Assembly: GCF_965657075.1 (NCBI RefSeq)
Contig: NZ_CBFHMV010000001.1
Coordinates: forward strand, 191,647-255,646
Source: Flavobacterium sp.
GTDB taxonomy: Bacteria > Bacteroidota > Bacteroidia > Flavobacteriales > Flavobacteriaceae
Direction: 5' to 3'
DNA: 64,000 nt
Below the pieces are notes generated by a model that worked only from the letters and a program-made list of their open reading frames with translations, was not told where the DNA came from and ran no database searches. The first letter of the stretch is position 1. Every line of letters starts with the position of its first letter. Shown here in pieces: positions 16,995 through 26,871 of this stretch. The position numbers and the translations under genes are program-made.

Positions 16995-17441
16995 GTAAAA
17001 AAAATAAACAAAGCCTATCAATTAATAACAAAAAGTATGTTTGACGATTCTTTCAAAGATTTTTATTCGAAATTTAAAACAAGTTTAGCTGATGGAACTT
17101 TTGCAAAATTAACTTTTGCAAAAACCATCGGAAATACGGAATTAAAAAACATTTACATTCGTCCTACAATAGATGAAAACGATCTAAAATTAGAGTTAAA
17201 ATTTAGGTTTCAACAGGATGAGTTATTTGAAATTTATACCATTGATAAAGCATTCGACAGATTACTTCCATTTTTAAACAATCCTTTTTTATCAGTAATT
17301 TTATTTACTACCGAATTTGATTTGACTTATAAATTAAATAAAAAGAGAATAGTGAATTTATCAGACCAACACCCAACTTTTGGCAATGCCAGTGAAGTTT
17401 TATTGGAATATTTGAATAGTGGGAAAACAGTAAATTTATGA
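16962..17441 (+). CDS. Hypothetical protein, resembling the N-terminal non-catalytic domain of a larger SAM-dependent methyltransferase family
   Basis: The track ORF start (16896) translates the REP element, so ATG 16962 or 17037 is more plausible. The family assignment is from memory only. Stop overlaps the next ATG (ATGA). Confidence 0.45.
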   Translation: MEIKNLESSSGVKKINKAYQLITKSMFDDSFKDFYSKFKTSLADGTFAKLTFAKTIGNTELKNIYIRPTIDENDLKLELKFRFQQDELFEIYTIDKAFDRLLPFLNNPFLSVILFTTEFDLTYKLNKKRIVNLSDQHPTFGNASEVLLEYLNSGKTVNL

Positions 17442-18142
17442 GATACTTTTCAATAATAGGGCTACTTTTTATTTTCGCTTGTAATAAAGAGAAAAAAGAA
17501 ATATTAGCTAAAAATACAACTTCTAAAATCGCTAACGAAATAGTTTTAAAAACAGATACTTTAAAATTAAGCTTTGATAAAGACTTGGAAGAAGATGATT
17601 TTATTTTAATCAAATTACTTGAGAAAAACTTTACTAATGATGGTATTGAAGAGTCGAAATTTAAATTTGATTTTTATAGAAATGGTAAACTTGAAAATAA
17701 TTTTTCCGTTAATGTAAATTTTTTAATAGATGAGTCTGATTGGCATGGAAATACATTATTTAATTTTAGTGAAAAGCATGAATATTCTCCTTATATAATT
17801 ATTACAAATGGATATCCTGCATGTGGATATACACAAACCAATTTTTTAATTGACGTTAGAAAAGAAAATATTCAGTTAATAGACACTTTTTATAGTGTTG
17901 GTGATGGTGGTTGGTTCACTTCAACTACCTTTGAAGAAATAAGTAATTCAAAATTAGGAGCTAGACATGAAAATTATTGGCAAGAAGAAGATGATAATGA
18001 TGAGATGGGAACTTTAACATTTTCTGATTCTGTCAATTATATTCTGGAAAACAAAAATTGGATAAAAAAATATATAACTCCAAAAGACAGCATTTATAAA
18101 AAACAAAAAATTAGTTTTGATGTCATGCATAAGATTCAATAA
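17438..18142 (+). CDS. Hypothetical lipoprotein
   Basis: Lipobox LLFIFAC. No recognisable domain. Translationally coupled to the preceding ORF. Confidence 0.55.
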   Translation: MRYFSIIGLLFIFACNKEKKEILAKNTTSKIANEIVLKTDTLKLSFDKDLEEDDFILIKLLEKNFTNDGIEESKFKFDFYRNGKLENNFSVNVNFLIDESDWHGNTLFNFSEKHEYSPYIIITNGYPACGYTQTNFLIDVRKENIQLIDTFYSVGDGGWFTSTTFEEISNSKLGARHENYWQEEDDNDEMGTLTFSDSVNYILENKNWIKKYITPKDSIYKKQKISFDVMHKIQ

Positions 18143-18189
18143 TAAAAAAATCCCGATTACAAATTGCAATCGAAATTCTTATTATATCT

Positions 18190-18846
18190 TTAATTTAAAT
18201 TCATTTCAGGAATTTCCCCTTCTATAATTAATGTGCCTTCGGTCGCTTTTTGAATTTCTTCGACAGTAACTCCTGGAGCTCTTTCCAATAATTTAAATCC
18301 TTTTGGAGTTACTTCAATCACAGCTAATTCTGTAACGATTTTCTTAACACAACCAACGCCTGTTAAGGGAAGCGAACATCTTTTTAGTAGTTTAGATTCT
18401 CCTGCTCTATTAACGTGCATCATTGCCACAATAATATTTTCTGCCGAAGCTACTAAATCCATTGCTCCACCCATCCCTTTGACCATTTTTCCTGGAATTT
18501 TCCAATTGGCTATATCACCATTTTCAGAAACTTCCATGGCTCCCAAAATTGTTAAATCTACTTTTTGAGCTCTTATCATTCCAAAACTAAACGCTGAATC
18601 AAAGAAACTTGCTCCTGGTAAAGTGGTGATGGTTTGCTTTCCTGCGTTAATAATATCTGCATCTTCTTCACCTTCAAAAGGAAAAGGACCCATTCCTAAA
18701 ACGCCATTTTCAGATTGAAATTCAACAGAAATATCATTTCTTACAAAATTGGCTACAAGAGTTGGAATTCCTATTCCTAAGTTTACGTAGTAACCATCTT
18801 TTACTTCTTTTGCAATTCGTTTTGCTATATCTTCTTTTGTTAACAT
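18190..18846 (-). CDS. 3-oxoacid CoA-transferase subunit B
   Basis: Family I CoA-transferase beta subunit with the catalytic-Glu motif EVSENGD. Confidence 0.9.
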   Translation of the reverse strand: MLTKEDIAKRIAKEVKDGYYVNLGIGIPTLVANFVRNDISVEFQSENGVLGMGPFPFEGEEDADIINAGKQTITTLPGASFFDSAFSFGMIRAQKVDLTILGAMEVSENGDIANWKIPGKMVKGMGGAMDLVASAENIIVAMMHVNRAGESKLLKRCSLPLTGVGCVKKIVTELAVIEVTPKGFKLLERAPGVTVEEIQKATEGTLIIEGEIPEMNLN

Positions 18847-18957
18847 GATTTTAAAATTTATACCATTTAGAAATTAAGAATAATTAAATTTTCAAAATTA
18901 TCCCAAAATTGGTTTTTTAATACTTTTTACTGAACACTAAAAACTAAACACTTCCAT

Positions 18958-19656
18958 CTACTTTTGTCTAACAGTTCTTTGTTCAATTCTCTTTTCAAAT
19001 TTTTTTCCTTGGAAAATACGATTCACCATGATTCCTGGAATATGAATTTGATTGGGATCTAATGTTCCTGCAGGTACTAATTCTTCTACTTCAGCTATTG
19101 TGATTTTTGCAGCTCCAGCCATAACAGCATTAAAGTTTCTAGCGGTTCCTTTAAAAATTAAATTTCCAGCTTCATCTCCTTTCCATGCTTTTACAATGGA
19201 AAAATCAGCTTGATAAGCTAATTCCATAACGTGCATTTTTCCGTTGAATTCTCTAGTTTCTTTTCCTTCAGCTACTTCTGTACCGTAACCTGCTGGTGTA
19301 AAAAAAGCTGGAATTCCTGCTTGAGCTGCTCTACATTTTTCCGCTAAGGTTCCTTGAGGCGTTAATTCAACATCTAATTCTCCTGAAAGCATTTGGCGTT
19401 CAAATTCTGCATTTTCTCCTACATAAGAAGAAATCATTTTTTTGATTTGTTTTTTTTGAAGTAAGAGGCCAAGTCCAAAATCGTCAACACCTGCATTATT
19501 TGAAATGCAAGTTAAACCAGAAACGTTCATTTTTACTAATTCAGCAATACTGTTTTCTGGAATTCCACAAAGACCAAAACCGCCTAACATTATTGTGATG
19601 TTGTCTTTTATACCTAGCAAGGCTTCTTGTACATTATTGACTTTTCTATTTATCAT
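18958..19656 (-). CDS. 3-oxoacid CoA-transferase subunit A
   Basis: Family I CoA-transferase alpha subunit ([22 protein letters not shown]). Lies 111 nt upstream of subunit B. Confidence 0.9.
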   Translation of the reverse strand: MINRKVNNVQEALLGIKDNITIMLGGFGLCGIPENSIAELVKMNVSGLTCISNNAGVDDFGLGLLLQKKQIKKMISSYVGENAEFERQMLSGELDVELTPQGTLAEKCRAAQAGIPAFFTPAGYGTEVAEGKETREFNGKMHVMELAYQADFSIVKAWKGDEAGNLIFKGTARNFNAVMAGAAKITIAEVEELVPAGTLDPNQIHIPGIMVNRIFQGKKFEKRIEQRTVRQK

Positions 19657-19683
19657 TTTTGAAGTTAAATTTTTTTAAAAGTA

Positions 19684-19716
19684 TAAAAAAAACACCTTTT
19701 TTCAAAGATGTTTTTA
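19684..19716 (-). terminator. Intrinsic terminator after the PBP1A gene
   Basis: On the minus strand: aacatcttt-gaaa-aaaggtgtt (one mismatch) followed by TTTTTTTT. Confidence 0.6.
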
Positions 19717-19721
19717 GTTTG

Positions 19722-22013
19722 TTATAATTCTAGTTCATTTGGATCAGACATGTTTGTGTCTAAAGAATCAATCACTTTTCTTGGCGTCCAACAATCTACT
19801 TTAATTGAAGTATTTTCTGGTCGAGGAAAATTTTCTTGAGAAATATTTAACGATTTATCTTTATAACACTTATCCATAAAAATTCCCCAAATAGGAAGAG
19901 CCATAGTTGCTCCTTGACCTAAAGCTGTGCTCCTAAAGTGAGCAGCTCTGTCTTCATTACCTACCCAAACACCGCAAGTTAAATTTGGAACCATACCAAT
20001 AAACCATCCGTCTGAGTTATTTTGAGTTGTTCCTGTTTTACCAGCAATTTCATTAGTAAATGCATAATTATATGTTGTAATTCCTGCGCCGCCTCTTCTT
20101 AATCTTTCACCGGAACCATCAGTTGTTACGCCAGTCATTAATTTTACAACAGCATAGGCAACATCTTTGTTTACAACTTCTCTAGTTTCTGGAATTACCT
20201 CATAAATAACAACTCCATTTTTGTCTTCTATTCGGGTTATAATTTGAGGTTTTACATATTGCCCTTCGTTAACAAAAGTACTCATAGCAGCTACCATATC
20301 ACTTACCGTAATTTCTACAGCACCAAGACAAATGGCTGGTTTTTCTGGAATTTCAGAATTTACTCCCAAATTATTGGCCATTTTTACAACAGCCGCTGGA
20401 CCAACTTTATCCATGAGTTTTGCAGAAACCGTATTTAAAGATTTCGCTAATGCAGTTTTAAGATTAACTAATCCAAAATATTTGTTTCCTGAATTTTCTG
20501 GCGACCACGATTGAGGAATTCCCCATCTGCCTTTAGGCATTGTAAATCTTGAATCATAAATAGAGTCACAAGGCGACATTCCTAATTCGTTAATAGCGGT
20601 TGCATATACAAAAGGCTTAAATGTAGAACCCACTTGCCTAGCTCCTTGACCTACGTGATCGTACTGAAAAAATTTATGATCTATTCCGCCAACCCAAGCT
20701 TTTACATAACCCGTTTGAGGTTCCATAGCCATTAAACCTGTTTGAAGAAAGTGCTTGTAGTAAATAATAGAATCCTTAGGAGTCATTATTGTATCTCTTT
20801 CACCATTCCAAGTAAAGATTTTCATTTTGGTTTTTACATCAAATGATTTGATTATTTCCTCTTCTGTTTTATCATCTTTTTTCATTATTCTCCAACGTTC
20901 AGAATTTTTCATGGAACGGTTGATGATACTTTTTGTTTCTTCTTCAGTTAAATCAACAAATGGAGCATTTTTTCTTCCTTTTGATGCTATGAAAAATTCT
21001 TTTTGAAGATTTTTTAAATGTTGTGTTACAGCTGCTTCGGCATGAACTTGCATTTTAGAATCAATTGTGGTGTAAATTTTTAATCCATCTTTATGAATGT
21101 CATAAGTACTTCCATCTGGTTTTGGATTATTTTTTGTCCATTTTTTTAAATATTCACGTAAATATTCTCTAAAATAAGTTGCAATTCCATCGTTATGATT
21201 TTCTAGTTTAAAATCTAATTTTATAGGTTTTACTATTAGTTCATTATATTTAGCTTCGGTTAAATGATTGTTTCTAACCATTTGGCCAAGAACAGTATTT
21301 CTTCTTTCTAAAACAATTTTTTCTCTAGATTTTCTGTTGGGATTATACAAAGATGGGTTTTTTAGCATTCCTACTAAAACGGCACTTTCTTCGGTTGTTA
21401 AATCCTTTGTTTTTTTATTAAAATAGGTTTTAGAAGCAGAAGAAATTCCGATCGCGTTATTAACAAAATCAACCTGATTCAGGTACATTGCAATTATTTC
21501 TTGTTTGGTATATTGTCGTTCTAATTTGACAGCAATAATCCATTCTTTTACTTTTTGAACAATTCTGACAATAATATTTTTTGCGCCATCACTACCGTGA
21601 AATAAGTTTTTTGCTAATTGTTGAGTAATGGTACTTGCACCACCATCTTTACCAAGTTTTACAACTGCACGTAAAGTACCTTTTGCATCTATACCTGAGT
21701 GTTCATAAAAACGTTCGTCTTCAGTTGAAACTAAGGCATTTATTAAATCTTTAGGTAAATCTTTATATTTAATAGGAATTCTGTTTTCTAGAGCGAACTT
21801 TCCAATAGTTTTTCCGTCAGAAGATATAATTTCGGAAGCAATATTTGAATTTGGATTTTCTAATTCATCAAATGAAGGCATTTCACCAAAAAAGCCCCAA
21901 GATGCTAAAAAGAAAAAAGCTACAGAACCAACTAACCCATAAATAAAAAGTGTCCAAAACTTTTTTACATAATCGGAAAAATCGTCTTTATTTGTTTTTT
22001 TTGCAGTTGCCAT
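19722..22013 (-). CDS. Class A penicillin-binding protein 1A (glycosyltransferase + transpeptidase)
   Basis: GT51 motifs (EDERFYEHSGID, GASTITQQLAKN) and transpeptidase motifs STFKPF, SLN and KTGTT. Confidence 0.95.
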   Translation of the reverse strand: MATAKKTNKDDFSDYVKKFWTLFIYGLVGSVAFFFLASWGFFGEMPSFDELENPNSNIASEIISSDGKTIGKFALENRIPIKYKDLPKDLINALVSTEDERFYEHSGIDAKGTLRAVVKLGKDGGASTITQQLAKNLFHGSDGAKNIIVRIVQKVKEWIIAVKLERQYTKQEIIAMYLNQVDFVNNAIGISSASKTYFNKKTKDLTTEESAVLVGMLKNPSLYNPNRKSREKIVLERRNTVLGQMVRNNHLTEAKYNELIVKPIKLDFKLENHNDGIATYFREYLREYLKKWTKNNPKPDGSTYDIHKDGLKIYTTIDSKMQVHAEAAVTQHLKNLQKEFFIASKGRKNAPFVDLTEEETKSIINRSMKNSERWRIMKKDDKTEEEIIKSFDVKTKMKIFTWNGERDTIMTPKDSIIYYKHFLQTGLMAMEPQTGYVKAWVGGIDHKFFQYDHVGQGARQVGSTFKPFVYATAINELGMSPCDSIYDSRFTMPKGRWGIPQSWSPENSGNKYFGLVNLKTALAKSLNTVSAKLMDKVGPAAVVKMANNLGVNSEIPEKPAICLGAVEITVSDMVAAMSTFVNEGQYVKPQIITRIEDKNGVVIYEVIPETREVVNKDVAYAVVKLMTGVTTDGSGERLRRGGAGITTYNYAFTNEIAGKTGTTQNNSDGWFIGMVPNLTCGVWVGNEDRAAHFRSTALGQGATMALPIWGIFMDKCYKDKSLNISQENFPRPENTSIKVDCWTPRKVIDSLDTNMSDPNELEL

Positions 22014-22021
22014 ACTCTAAA

Positions 22022-22507
22022 TTATTTTTTTTCAATTCTAAAACCTACTTCAGTAACACCTTCAAGAACATCTGTTCCATTAATTTTTCCAGATTCTCTA
22101 TTGGCTTGTTCAACAGTAACGGTATATTTCCCTTTTAATGGGAATTTATAGTTTTCTTTATACCAAAGTTTATTGTGTTTAGTGTCTGTAATGCCTTCCC
22201 CTAATAAAGTACCGTCAGGTTTAGTCATTTCATATTGCAAAGTATCAATTTTGATTACATTATCCGGCTGATTCATTTTAACAATTAGAAATAAATTATT
22301 AAATGGATAATCATTATTATTTCTAATATTTACAAACATATTATAAAGATTGATGCTATCATTCTGCTCAAAAGAAAAACTAATGTCTTCTTTGTTAGAC
22401 CATTTCCCGTCGAGGTTTTTATAATCATCAAAATATCTTTTTTCATCACAAGAGACAAAAAAGACAACTAAAATTAAAAAAAATACCTTACTTATTTTTA
22501 GGTGCAT
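22022..22507 (-). CDS. gldH: Gliding-motility lipoprotein GldH
   Basis: Lipobox VVFFVSC followed by GldH-family sequence (DEKRYFDDYKNL...W). The ATG at 22507 is chosen over the track start, and it lies 20 nt inside the upstream gene's 3' end. Confidence 0.8.
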   Translation of the reverse strand: MHLKISKVFFLILVVFFVSCDEKRYFDDYKNLDGKWSNKEDISFSFEQNDSINLYNMFVNIRNNNDYPFNNLFLIVKMNQPDNVIKIDTLQYEMTKPDGTLLGEGITDTKHNKLWYKENYKFPLKGKYTVTVEQANRESGKINGTDVLEGVTEVGFRIEKK

Positions 22508-23651
22508 TGGGCTTTTTATTAAAATTTTTCTTCTTTTTCTTATTGTTGTTTTTTCTAACTGGTTGATCAAATCTCGTTAAACTGTCTTGACCTACAACAT
22601 TTTGATATGTTTTTTCGATGGTTGGAATTACTTCAATAACAAAATCTTCTAAAGAAGCAACTCTTTCTTTTTTCTTATTTACAGTTAAAATTTCTTGTAC
22701 TTGAGCTACTGGTAAAACATGCCAATGAGCCGGATTGTTTGCATAAGAAAACCACATTAGTTCTTTAAAAATATCAATTTTTTGACAAAAAGCATCTCCT
22801 TTTTCAGTGTACAATTTGGTATCCATATCTGGAATGTGTTTTAAAGCATCTAAATAAGTGTCTAATTCATAATTTAAACAACATTTTAACTTACCACACT
22901 GTCCTGCAAGCTTTTGTGGGTTTAATGACAGTTGTTGGTAACGAGCTGCCGATGTATTTACACTTCTAAAATCGGTCAACCAAGTAGAACAACATAATTC
23001 TCTACCACATGAACCAATTCCTCCAAGTCTAGAAGCTTCTTGACGGAATCCAACTTGTTTCATTTCGATTCTTATGCTGAATTCACGAGCAAATTCTTTG
23101 ATTAATTGTCTAAAATCTACTCTGTCATTGGCTGTATAATAAAAAGTTGCTTTAGAACCATCACCTTGAAATTCAATATCAGAAATTTTCATTTCTAGTT
23201 TAAGGTTTATAGCAATTTCTCTTGCTTTAACTTTTATTTTTTCTTCTTTTTCTCTGCATTGACTCCATATATCAATGTCTTTTTGAGAAGCTTTTCTGTA
23301 AACTTTTGCTAATTCTGCATCAGGATTTTCACCTTTTTTCTTCATTTGAACCTTAACAAGTTCACCAGTTAATGATACGATTCCTATGTCATGACCGGGT
23401 GAAGCTTCGGTTGCAACAACATCTCCTATAGAGAGAGTTAGTTTTTCGGTATTTCTAAAAAATTCTTTTCTACCATTTTTAAATCGTATTTCAACTGCAT
23501 TGAAGGGTTCCTGACCACCAGGTAAAGTCATGTTGGCTAACCAATCAAAAACTGTTAATTTATTGCAGCTATCGGTGCCGCAAGTCCCGTTATTTTTACA
23601 TCCTTTTGGTGTGCCATCTTTAGCACCCGTGGAACAGTTTGTACATGCCAT
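22488..23651 (-). CDS. PSP1-domain protein (RicT/YaaT-like)
   Basis: Cys-rich N-terminus, a PSP1 C-terminal domain containing Cys motifs (GSCGRELCCSTWL, GQCGKLKCCLNYE), and a Lys-rich tail. Confidence 0.85.
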   Translation of the reverse strand: MACTNCSTGAKDGTPKGCKNNGTCGTDSCNKLTVFDWLANMTLPGGQEPFNAVEIRFKNGRKEFFRNTEKLTLSIGDVVATEASPGHDIGIVSLTGELVKVQMKKKGENPDAELAKVYRKASQKDIDIWSQCREKEEKIKVKAREIAINLKLEMKISDIEFQGDGSKATFYYTANDRVDFRQLIKEFAREFSIRIEMKQVGFRQEASRLGGIGSCGRELCCSTWLTDFRSVNTSAARYQQLSLNPQKLAGQCGKLKCCLNYELDTYLDALKHIPDMDTKLYTEKGDAFCQKIDIFKELMWFSYANNPAHWHVLPVAQVQEILTVNKKKERVASLEDFVIEVIPTIEKTYQNVVGQDSLTRFDQPVRKNNNKKKKKNFNKKPNAPKNK

Positions 23652-23766
23652 AATTTGTATATATATTGGTTGTTCCGATTAAAGAACTACTTGTCAAAAA
23701 TGTGTTTTGAGTGTAAAGATACTATAATTTTACATATAGTAAAACGTTAAATAGCTACACCAAAAG

Positions 23767-23800
23767 AAAACCTACTTACATTTAAACGTAAATAGGTTTT
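23767..23800 (-). terminator. Intrinsic terminator after trhO
   Basis: aaaacctacttac / gtaaataggtttt stem (one mismatch), with a T-run on the minus-strand transcript. Confidence 0.6.
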
Positions 23801-23824
23801 TTAAAGTATATTGTTGTTGTAATC

Positions 23825-25183
23825 TTAATTTAAAATCTTAAATACTTTATCGGAAAGTCTTACTCTAAAAGGAACTTCAAAAGTGATTTTGTCACCATTT
23901 TTAGCTTCAGAAGCTTCTTGTCCGTTTACAAACATTTTTTCTAAAATTAATTCTTGACTTCCAGTTGTTGGTCCTGTAATTAAAATTTTATCGCCAACCT
24001 TAATTTCTTGATTTTCAATAGAAAAAAGTCCTATTTGTGCTTTTACATAGTAATGTTCTGCTTTGCCAAGTAAGATTTTTTTTACTTTAATTTTTTGACG
24101 AATATCTTTCGTTTTACTAACAACAGCTAATGAAACATCACTTAATTCACCTGAATGTTTGAATTTTAAATTTTCAGATTTTCCTTTTCTAAAAACTTTG
24201 TTTCCTACTTGTTTTCCACTTCTTAATTTTACTTGTTCAGCCAAAGATAAATGAGTTGTTTCTTGACATTCTACGGAACAACAATTTTCCATTACAGCTT
24301 TACATTCATCACATTGAATAAACAATAAATGGCAACCATCATTGTAACAATTGGTATGATTATCACAAGGTTTTCCACATTGATGACATTGCGCAACAAT
24401 ATCTTCAGTAATTCTTTCCCCTAAACGATTATCAAAAACGAAGTTTTTTCCAATGAATTTGCTTTCAAGACCTTCTTCTTTGATTTGTTTAGCGTATTGA
24501 ATAATTCCACCTTCTAATTGAAATACATTTTTGAAACCCTTATGTTTGTAATAAGCACTCGCTTTTTCACAACGAATTCCTCCAGTACAATACATCACTA
24601 GATTTTTGGTTTCTTTAAATTCCTTTAATTGTTCGTTTATTATTGGTAAACTTTCTCTAAAAGTTTCTACATCAGGAGTTATTGCTCCTTTGAAATGTCC
24701 AACTTCACTTTCGTAGTGATTTCTAAAATCTACAACAATAGTGTTTGGATCTTCTAAAATCGCATTGAATTCTTTAGCTCTTAAATGAACTCCTTTATTG
24801 GTTACATCAAAAGTAGCATCGTTTAAACCGTCTGCTACAATTTTGTGACGTACTTTTATCGTTAATTTAAGAAATGAATGGTCATCTTGATCAACAGCTT
24901 CATTTAATCGAATACCTTTCATGAAATCATAAACTTCCAGCGTTTCGCGAAAAGCTTCAAAATTATCGGCAGGAACACTCATTTGAGCATTTATTCCTTC
25001 ATAAGCTACATAGATTCGACCTAGCGCATCGAGTGCATTCCAAGCTACGAATAAATCATTTCTAAATTTTTTGGGGTCTTCAATTTTGGCATACGCATAA
25101 AAAGAAAGTGTAAGACGTTGCTTACCTGCTTCATCAATAAGTTGAGCTCTTTCTTCTGCGCTTAAGGTGTTATACAGTTGCAT
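23825..25183 (-). CDS. trhO: Rhodanese-domain tRNA U34 hydroxylase TrhO (UPF0176/YceA family) with ~140-aa C-terminal extension
   Basis: UPF0176 N-domain, rhodanese active-site loop CTGGIRCEKA and a Cys-rich Rhodanese_C region (CHQCGKPC..C..C..CDEC). Residues ~369-452 form an extra small beta-barrel-like domain. Confidence 0.8.
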   Translation of the reverse strand: MQLYNTLSAEERAQLIDEAGKQRLTLSFYAYAKIEDPKKFRNDLFVAWNALDALGRIYVAYEGINAQMSVPADNFEAFRETLEVYDFMKGIRLNEAVDQDDHSFLKLTIKVRHKIVADGLNDATFDVTNKGVHLRAKEFNAILEDPNTIVVDFRNHYESEVGHFKGAITPDVETFRESLPIINEQLKEFKETKNLVMYCTGGIRCEKASAYYKHKGFKNVFQLEGGIIQYAKQIKEEGLESKFIGKNFVFDNRLGERITEDIVAQCHQCGKPCDNHTNCYNDGCHLLFIQCDECKAVMENCCSVECQETTHLSLAEQVKLRSGKQVGNKVFRKGKSENLKFKHSGELSDVSLAVVSKTKDIRQKIKVKKILLGKAEHYYVKAQIGLFSIENQEIKVGDKILITGPTTGSQELILEKMFVNGQEASEAKNGDKITFEVPFRVRLSDKVFKILN

Positions 25184-25355
25184 GCTATAAACGTTTAAGT
25201 GAGAAACTATTATTTTGAAATTCTAAATGGAAGAATTCTAATGCAAAGTTAAAAAAATGACTTAAAAATCAAATTTTTAAATCTAAAATAAAACATATTA
25301 ACAATTTTTGGCACAACAAAAAAAAGAAGTATTTTTACGAAAAATATATGCGATT

Positions 25356-26360
25356 ATGAGTTCAGATAAAGAAGCCAAATTAAAAGCGTTACAGCTAACA
25401 TTAGACAAATTAGATAAAACCTACGGAAAAGGAACCGTAATGAAATTGGGTGATACAGCCGTTGAAGAAGTTGAGGCTATACCTTCTGGTTCATTGGGTA
25501 TTGATATTGCGTTGGGTGTAAATGGTTATCCTAGAGGAAGAATCATTGAAATTTATGGTCCAGAATCTTCAGGTAAAACAACTTTAACTTTACATGCCAT
25601 TGCAGAAGCTCAAAAAGCAGGAGGAATTGCCGCTTTTATTGATGCTGAACATGCCTTTGATCGTTTTTATGCTCAAAAATTAGGAGTTGATATTGATAAT
25701 TTAATTATTTCTCAACCGGATAATGGGGAACAAGCTTTAGAAATTGCTGAGGGTTTAATTCGTTCAGGAGCTATAGATATTGTTGTAATTGACTCTGTAG
25801 CTGCTTTAACCCCAAAGAGCGAAATTGAGGGAGACATGGGAGATTCAAAAATGGGATTACATGCTCGTTTAATGTCACAAGCTCTAAGAAAATTAACAGG
25901 AACTATTCACAAAACTAATTGTACCGTATTCTTCATCAATCAGTTAAGAGATAAAATTGGTGTTATGTTTGGAAGTCCCGAAACAACAACAGGAGGAAAT
26001 GCACTTAAATTTTATGCTTCTGTAAGGTTAGATATTAGAAAATCATCTCAGATAAAAGATGGAGATAGCGTAATTGGAAACAGAGCTAAAGTTAAAGTGG
26101 TGAAAAATAAAGTTGCACCACCTTTTAGAACGGCAGAGTTTGATATTATGTATGGTGAAGGAATTTCTAAAGTAGGTGAAATTTTAGATTTAGCAGTTGA
26201 ATTTGAAATAGTAAAGAAAAGCGGTTCTTGGTTTAGTTATGGTGAAACCAAACTAGGTCAAGGTCGTGATAGTGTTAAAATTTTAATTAAAGATAATCCA
26301 GAATTAATGGATGAATTGGAACAAAAAATAAAAGAAACTTTGAAAGAAAAAGCAGAATAA
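25356..26360 (+). CDS. recA: Recombinase RecA
   Basis: Walker [10 protein letters not shown] and full-length RecA similarity. ATG 25356 ([12 protein letters not shown]) is preferred over the upstream TTG of the track ORF. Confidence 0.97.
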   Translation: MSSDKEAKLKALQLTLDKLDKTYGKGTVMKLGDTAVEEVEAIPSGSLGIDIALGVNGYPRGRIIEIYGPESSGKTTLTLHAIAEAQKAGGIAAFIDAEHAFDRFYAQKLGVDIDNLIISQPDNGEQALEIAEGLIRSGAIDIVVIDSVAALTPKSEIEGDMGDSKMGLHARLMSQALRKLTGTIHKTNCTVFFINQLRDKIGVMFGSPETTTGGNALKFYASVRLDIRKSSQIKDGDSVIGNRAKVKVVKNKVAPPFRTAEFDIMYGEGISKVGEILDLAVEFEIVKKSGSWFSYGETKLGQGRDSVKILIKDNPELMDELEQKIKETLKEKAE

Positions 26361-26394
26361 AAAAAATCCCGTTGTTATTAACGGGATTTTTTTT
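26361..26394 (+). terminator. Intrinsic terminator after recA
   Basis: aaatcccgtt-gttatt-aacgggattt followed by a T-run. Confidence 0.85.
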
Positions 26395-26448
26395 AAAACA
26401 GACGCAACCTTTTACAAATTTTAGAATCTATTAATAAAATGTTTACAT

Positions 26449-26865
26449 ATGAATAGCTTAAAAAAAATAACACTAATTTTATTTTTAACATTGTTTTCTA
26501 TTTCATGTAGTTTAGATGACAATGAGCCAAACTATCGTTTTGAAATATTAGAAATTGAATCTGTAGTTGTTCCTGATGAATTGCATTTAGGAGAAACACA
26601 CACCTTTACAATAAGATATAAAAGACCGACTACCTGTCATGGTTTTAATTCCTTTTATTATGAAAAGAATTTAAATGTAAGAACAGTTGCCGTGCAGGGA
26701 TTTGTTGTTGAAAGTAACGATTGTTTACCTCTTGAAAATAACATTCAAGAACAATCATTAGATTTTTTTGTAACCAATAACGGGTCATACATTTTTAAAT
26801 TTTTTCAGGGTAAAGATGATAATGGGCAAGATGTATTTTTAGAGTATGAAATCCCGGTAATATAG
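26449..26865 (+). CDS. Hypothetical lipoprotein (first gene of the ECF sigma module)
   Basis: Lipobox LFSISC; 138 aa. Lies 6 nt upstream of the sigma factor gene. Confidence 0.6.
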   Translation: MNSLKKITLILFLTLFSISCSLDDNEPNYRFEILEIESVVVPDELHLGETHTFTIRYKRPTTCHGFNSFYYEKNLNVRTVAVQGFVVESNDCLPLENNIQEQSLDFFVTNNGSYIFKFFQGKDDNGQDVFLEYEIPVI

Positions 26866-26871
26866 AAAACT

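Noticed and set aside
18847-18957. Unusually long (111 nt) spacer between CoA-transferase subunits A and B, checked for a small ORF, hairpin or promoter.
   Set aside because: No ORF, palindrome or TAnnTTTG box is visible on the minus strand. It appears to be a plain AT-rich spacer.
22508-22570. Upstream extension (MINQLEKTTIRKRRKILIKSP) of the gldH ORF.
   Set aside because: It lies inside the PSP1 gene's Lys-rich tail in another frame. The lipoprotein signal peptide begins at the ATG at 22507.
25219-25241. Direct repeat AATTCTAA-N7-AATTCTAA upstream of recA, considered as an SOS/LexA-type operator.
   Set aside because: It is short, AT-rich and seen only once. I cannot recall the Bacteroidetes SOS-box consensus well enough to compare, and no similar sequence occurs upstream of ssb, mfd or ogt in this window.
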